The notes below the pieces were generated by a model. The model searched no databases. It had not been told where the DNA came from and worked only from the letters and a program-made list of their open reading frames with translations. DNA of 64,000 bases, from NCBI GenBank assembly GCA_965200875.1, contig OZ241456.1:832001-896000 (forward strand), written 5' to 3'. The position numbers and the translations under genes were made by a program. Of the stretch, positions 60,232 to 64,000 are shown in pieces (position 1 is the stretch's first letter; every line of letters starts with the position of its first letter). Origin of the DNA: Bdellovibrionales bacterium (lineage in GTDB: Bacteria; Bdellovibrionota; Bdellovibrionia; Bdellovibrionales; UBA1609).

Positions 60232-61614
60232 ATGGATCGAAAGTTTATTACTGCTGTTGTGTTGTCTGCGGGTAAAGGTAGCCGTATGGGTTCTTCTTTG
60301 CCGAAAAGTCTTCATCCTGTTGCTGGCCAGCCTATTTTGGCTCGTATATTGGCAACATTGAAAAGTGTGAAAGTGGATGAGATTCGCGTGGTTATCAATG
60401 AGGAGCAAAGACATCTCATTCAGCCTGTGGCAGAGGCTTTTAAATCGAAAGTATTTTTTCAAAATGAAAAACCGGGAACAGCTTCTGCGGTTATTAGCGC
60501 GGGGGTAAGTGAGTTAAAAGGCACAGTCTTGATTGTAAATGGTGATCATCCTTTGATTTTTGCTAAAGATTTGGAAAACCTTATCAAAGTTTTTACGGAG
60601 GAGTCGGCAGATCTTTTTGTAGGTTCTTGTGTGAAAAAAGTTCCGGGAGATTATGGGCGGATTATTCGTCAGGGAGAGAAAGTAATAGCTATTGCCGAAA
60701 AAGACTCTCTCACGCATGAATCAAAAAAAATTACGGAAATTAATACTGGTATTTACCTTATGAAAGCAGAATTATTAACGGAATGTCTTTCTCAAATTAA
60801 TAATCAAAATTCCAAGGGGGAGTATTATTTAACGGATGTAATTGCTGTATCCGTCACTAAAGGCAAAAAAGTAATGGCTTATCCTCTTTCGGAAGATTCT
60901 GCTTTTGGTGTAAATACACAAAGGGAATTGGCTTTTGCCACTAAAAAAATATTTACCAGAAAACTCAATTATCTAATGAACCAGGGAGTGATTATTGTGG
61001 ACCCTTTAAACACTTATATTGAGGAGACTGTGCAAATTGGGCAAGGAAGTGTTATTTACCCAGGGGTGTATTTGAAGGGAAAAACCAGTATAGGACCTTT
61101 TTGCGCTATAGAAACAAATAGTATGATTGCAGACAGCTTGGTTTGTGAGTTGACACTTATTCGTTCCGGTTCTTACCTTGAGTCCGTAGAAGTGGGGGCA
61201 AAATCTGTTATTGGCCCTTATGCTCGTTTAAGGCCCGGAACCAAAATAGGAGAACAGTGTAAAGTGGGCAATTTCGTGGAGATGAAAAAAACAAACTTTG
61301 GTTCACGCTCCAAAGCGGGACACTTAAGTTATTTAGGGGATGCAGAAGTGGGGGAGGATGTGAATATCGGATGTGGAACAGTTACCTGCAATTTGAATAT
61401 GGATGGCAATAAATATTCCACGCATATAGGGGACAAAGTATTTATTGGAAGTGGCACTCAACTTGTGGCGCCGGTAAAAATGGAAGATTGTTCTGCCACA
61501 GGAGCTGGTTCTGTTATTACACAGGATGTACCTGCACGGGCTTTGGCCTTGGAAAGAACTCCTCAAAAAAATATAGAAGATTATTTCCGCCAAAATAAAG
61601 AACCACAACGGTAA
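60232..61614 (+). CDS. glmU: Bifunctional UDP-GlcNAc pyrophosphorylase/GlcN-1-P acetyltransferase
   Basis: LSAGKGSRM, GEYYLTD, GPYARLRP, GNFVEMK and HLSYLGDA motifs. Confidence 0.98.
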   Translation: MDRKFITAVVLSAGKGSRMGSSLPKSLHPVAGQPILARILATLKSVKVDEIRVVINEEQRHLIQPVAEAFKSKVFFQNEKPGTASAVISAGVSELKGTVLIVNGDHPLIFAKDLENLIKVFTEESADLFVGSCVKKVPGDYGRIIRQGEKVIAIAEKDSLTHESKKITEINTGIYLMKAELLTECLSQINNQNSKGEYYLTDVIAVSVTKGKKVMAYPLSEDSAFGVNTQRELAFATKKIFTRKLNYLMNQGVIIVDPLNTYIEETVQIGQGSVIYPGVYLKGKTSIGPFCAIETNSMIADSLVCELTLIRSGSYLESVEVGAKSVIGPYARLRPGTKIGEQCKVGNFVEMKKTNFGSRSKAGHLSYLGDAEVGEDVNIGCGTVTCNLNMDGNKYSTHIGDKVFIGSGTQLVAPVKMEDCSATGAGSVITQDVPARALALERTPQKNIEDYFRQNKEPQR

Positions 61615-61734
61615 TTTAGGGCTTAAATTTGACTTTATATAACAATATGATAAAATGTGCGTTAGTCATGGTTTATACAGGCTGGTCGTATTATGATTTC
61701 TTAATAAGAAATACGATTAAGTTGGAAAGATAAA

Positions 61735-62472
61735 ATGAAGCTCACGAATTTTTTTTCATTCAGAGACAAAAAACGATTTCGGTTTTCTGGCTGGATAGCT
61801 ATGGTACTGATATCCGGTTTTTTGCCCCTTTATTCCGCTTTTGGATTTGTTTCTGGTTCGGATCGGTATGAATTGAGTATAGGAGGGGATTTTCCCTTTT
61901 ATGCTCCAGGTATGCACTTGAGGTATAATTGGAGTACACAGTATTACACAAAATTGGGAGCTGGGTTTGCTTTGGATTTTCTTATGAAAACCAATCAAAG
62001 CTTGTTAAATGAACTGGGGGTTTCCAGACATACCAGTTTATTGACTTCCGCTTTGGTTAACTCCGTTGTGTTTGATTTTCGCTTGGGTTGGTCAGTAAGC
62101 ATGTATGAAGGTCCTTATATAGAGTTGGGGTACGGTTTAATGCTTTGGGGAAAAGGAGAAGTAAAAGGGAAGGAAATCAATAGCGTCACCGGTGTTATCA
62201 ATCCGGCAGAAAAACTATCAGATGATATCACCCATCAGGTAAATATCATAAATCATGGGCCGTCTTTGCATATAGGTTATCGCTTTATTTTAATTGATAA
62301 ATTGACATTCAATATGGATGTGGGTGTTTATAAGCCTCTTTTTTCCAGAACAGAATTGGATTATGGTAATCAAACTTCTACACCTGCTGGTGCATCAGAG
62401 AAAATCAATGATTTGGTGATTAATGATCTGTGGTTTTTATCTTTGGGAGTATGGTTTGGTTTGAGCTTTTAA
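61735..62472 (+). CDS. Putative outer-membrane beta-barrel protein
   Basis: Signal peptide, alternating aromatic/Gly strands and a C-terminal Phe (GVWFGLSF). Confidence 0.7.
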   Translation: MKLTNFFSFRDKKRFRFSGWIAMVLISGFLPLYSAFGFVSGSDRYELSIGGDFPFYAPGMHLRYNWSTQYYTKLGAGFALDFLMKTNQSLLNELGVSRHTSLLTSALVNSVVFDFRLGWSVSMYEGPYIELGYGLMLWGKGEVKGKEINSVTGVINPAEKLSDDITHQVNIINHGPSLHIGYRFILIDKLTFNMDVGVYKPLFSRTELDYGNQTSTPAGASEKINDLVINDLWFLSLGVWFGLSF

Positions 62473-62491
62473 ATTGAGGAGGTTCAATAAA

Positions 62492-63475
62492 ATGAGAATT
62501 ATTAATATACTTTTTGCTTTTTTGCTTTTCTCAGCTTGTTCTGTTCATACAGTGACAAATAAAACAAATTTAGATTTTGAAATTAAAAAATCAGGAGGCG
62601 ATCAGCTTGCTTTAAGAGCCAATTCTTGTATTGAATTAAGTGAATATTTTATAGGATTAGGAGGAGACTTTCCTTTTGCCATAAGAATAATAGATGGAGG
62701 AAAATCATATAGTGAAGAACATAGTGCCGGTAATTATGAAATTACATCTACAGCGGATACTGAAAACCCCTCTCCCGCCACGGGTGAGCAATCGTTTAGT
62801 GTGTCTCTGAGTAGTAAAAATCTGTCGTGTGAAGGGGAAAAAGAAGAGGAAGAAGAGGGAAATATAAATGAGAAAATGGTTGCTGTATGTAATGAACAAC
62901 CTGCTGAGTGTGCACAAAGTGGCAAAGCTAAATGCAACAGTGAAAACGCTCCGGTTTGTGTGGATACAGAAAATAAAATTTTAAAGGACACAAGTCCTTC
63001 GTGTAAAGATTCATCCGTGGAAGTGACATGTAAGGAAAAATCAGACGAAAAACCCTTGCAACAAGATACTCAAACCCGGGTTTTTTGTCTTTCTGGTCAA
63101 GCGCAATGTTCTGGGGGAGCTGTGGTTTCCTGTATTAAAGAAAATGACCAATCTGTTCCTGTTCCGGCTTGTTTAATGGGTACTGAAAAGGTGGCTGATG
63201 TGGTTTGTGTGGATAGTAGCACAGAAGTACCTATTGAAGGCGGTACACCAAAATGCCTGCAACCTACAACAGTAACTCTTCCAGAAGGTGTTGTAAAGCC
63301 AGTATTATGTGGAAATTTGTCAATACAAGTACAATGTAGTAACAATGAGGGGACCCCGGTATGTGGACAAATTCCGGGAGATACTTCAGATCAACCTTAT
63401 TGTGTGAACCAAGACAATATTAGATGGTCCAGTTCTGTTGTTTGTTCTAATAGTAGTACTCCCACTTGCCCTTAG
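62492..63475 (+). CDS. Cys-rich lipoprotein with three repeated Cys modules
   Basis: Lipobox FSAC and repeated V.C...A.C..G...C....P.C units. ATG 62492 preferred over TTG 62474. Confidence 0.8.
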   Translation: MRIINILFAFLLFSACSVHTVTNKTNLDFEIKKSGGDQLALRANSCIELSEYFIGLGGDFPFAIRIIDGGKSYSEEHSAGNYEITSTADTENPSPATGEQSFSVSLSSKNLSCEGEKEEEEEGNINEKMVAVCNEQPAECAQSGKAKCNSENAPVCVDTENKILKDTSPSCKDSSVEVTCKEKSDEKPLQQDTQTRVFCLSGQAQCSGGAVVSCIKENDQSVPVPACLMGTEKVADVVCVDSSTEVPIEGGTPKCLQPTTVTLPEGVVKPVLCGNLSIQVQCSNNEGTPVCGQIPGDTSDQPYCVNQDNIRWSSSVVCSNSSTPTCP

Positions 63476-63485
63476 TGTATTCTTT

Positions 63486-64000
63486 ATGAAAGAAAAATTA
63501 CAGGTTTTTCAGTTACCGGTCCTTCAGGATAACTATATTTATATTTTGCGTGACACAGACACACAAAAAACCGCTGTGTTGGATCCTGCCTTGGCCAGAC
63601 CAGTAAATCTTTTTTTAAAAGAAAAAAACTGGAACTTGGATTTTATCCTCAACACTCACCATCATTTTGATCACACGGGAGGAAATCTTCAGTTAAAAAA
63701 TCAGTGGCGGTGTCAGGTGTCAGGATTTTCGGAAGATGCTGACAGGATTCCCGGAATAGATCAACCTTTGCAGGAAGGTGATGATTTTTTCTTGGGTGCG
63801 TCTCCTTCACGGGTTTTATTTTTACCTGGGCATACACTTGGGCATATTGCTTATTGGTTTTTTAAAGATAAAAAAATATTTATTGGAGATACTTTATTTG
63901 CTATGGGTTGTGGAAGGCTTTTTGAAGGAAGCCATCAACAAATGTTTGAAAGCTTGAGTCAGGTAAAAACTCTTCCTTCGGATACACAGGTGTTTTGCAC
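63486..64000 (+). CDS. gloB: Hydroxyacylglutathione hydrolase (3' end outside the window)
   Basis: Translates PVLQDNYIY, ILNTHHHFDHTGG, PGHTLGH and GDTLF..GCGRLFEG. Confidence 0.93.
   Translation, partial: MKEKLQVFQLPVLQDNYIYILRDTDTQKTAVLDPALARPVNLFLKEKNWNLDFILNTHHHFDHTGGNLQLKNQWRCQVSGFSEDADRIPGIDQPLQEGDDFFLGASPSRVLFLPGHTLGHIAYWFFKDKKIFIGDTLFAMGCGRLFEGSHQQMFESLSQVKTLPSDTQVFC

Overview
AT-rich bacterial chromosome segment, probably from a Bdellovibrionota/Oligoflexia-like organism. This is an inference from the pilH-pilI-pilD-pilM-N-O-P block next to carB and the general gene content. Housekeeping genes are carB, bioA, prs, scpA, PNP, nfuA, fbaB, lysS, sufC/D, rpmJ-rpsM-rpsK-rpoA-rplQ, dnaE, lipB, trmD-rplS, bioB, miaA, glmU, gloB, tRNA-Gly(GCC) and tRNA-Val(GAC). 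Many operons are broken, with no adjacent pilQ, carA, scpB, sufB/S or rpsD. The main accessory features are: (1) a 10.4-15.9 kb conflict island with a coupled three-gene cassette resembling a chaperone/antitoxin/ADP-ribosyltransferase-fold toxin system, plus a lipoprotein polymorphic toxin (PT-TG + RES) with a coupled immunity gene; (2) a Type ISP restriction-modification enzyme beside a nuclease-less Rpn remnant that keeps its internal RBS/ATG; (3) a family of ~125-150 bp MITE-like repeats with dRS3-like palindromes, whose ends supply stop codons to four genes; (4) a duplicated promoter with a C9 tract in the -35/-10 spacer and a covarying hairpin, in front of two unrelated secreted proteins; (5) a pilin-like Cys-rich gene split at a G7 tract; (6) an unannotated ~160-nt candidate structured RNA with two hairpins carrying the same loop motif. 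No CRISPR array, integrase or transposase was seen. All family assignments are motif recognition by eye, not database searches.
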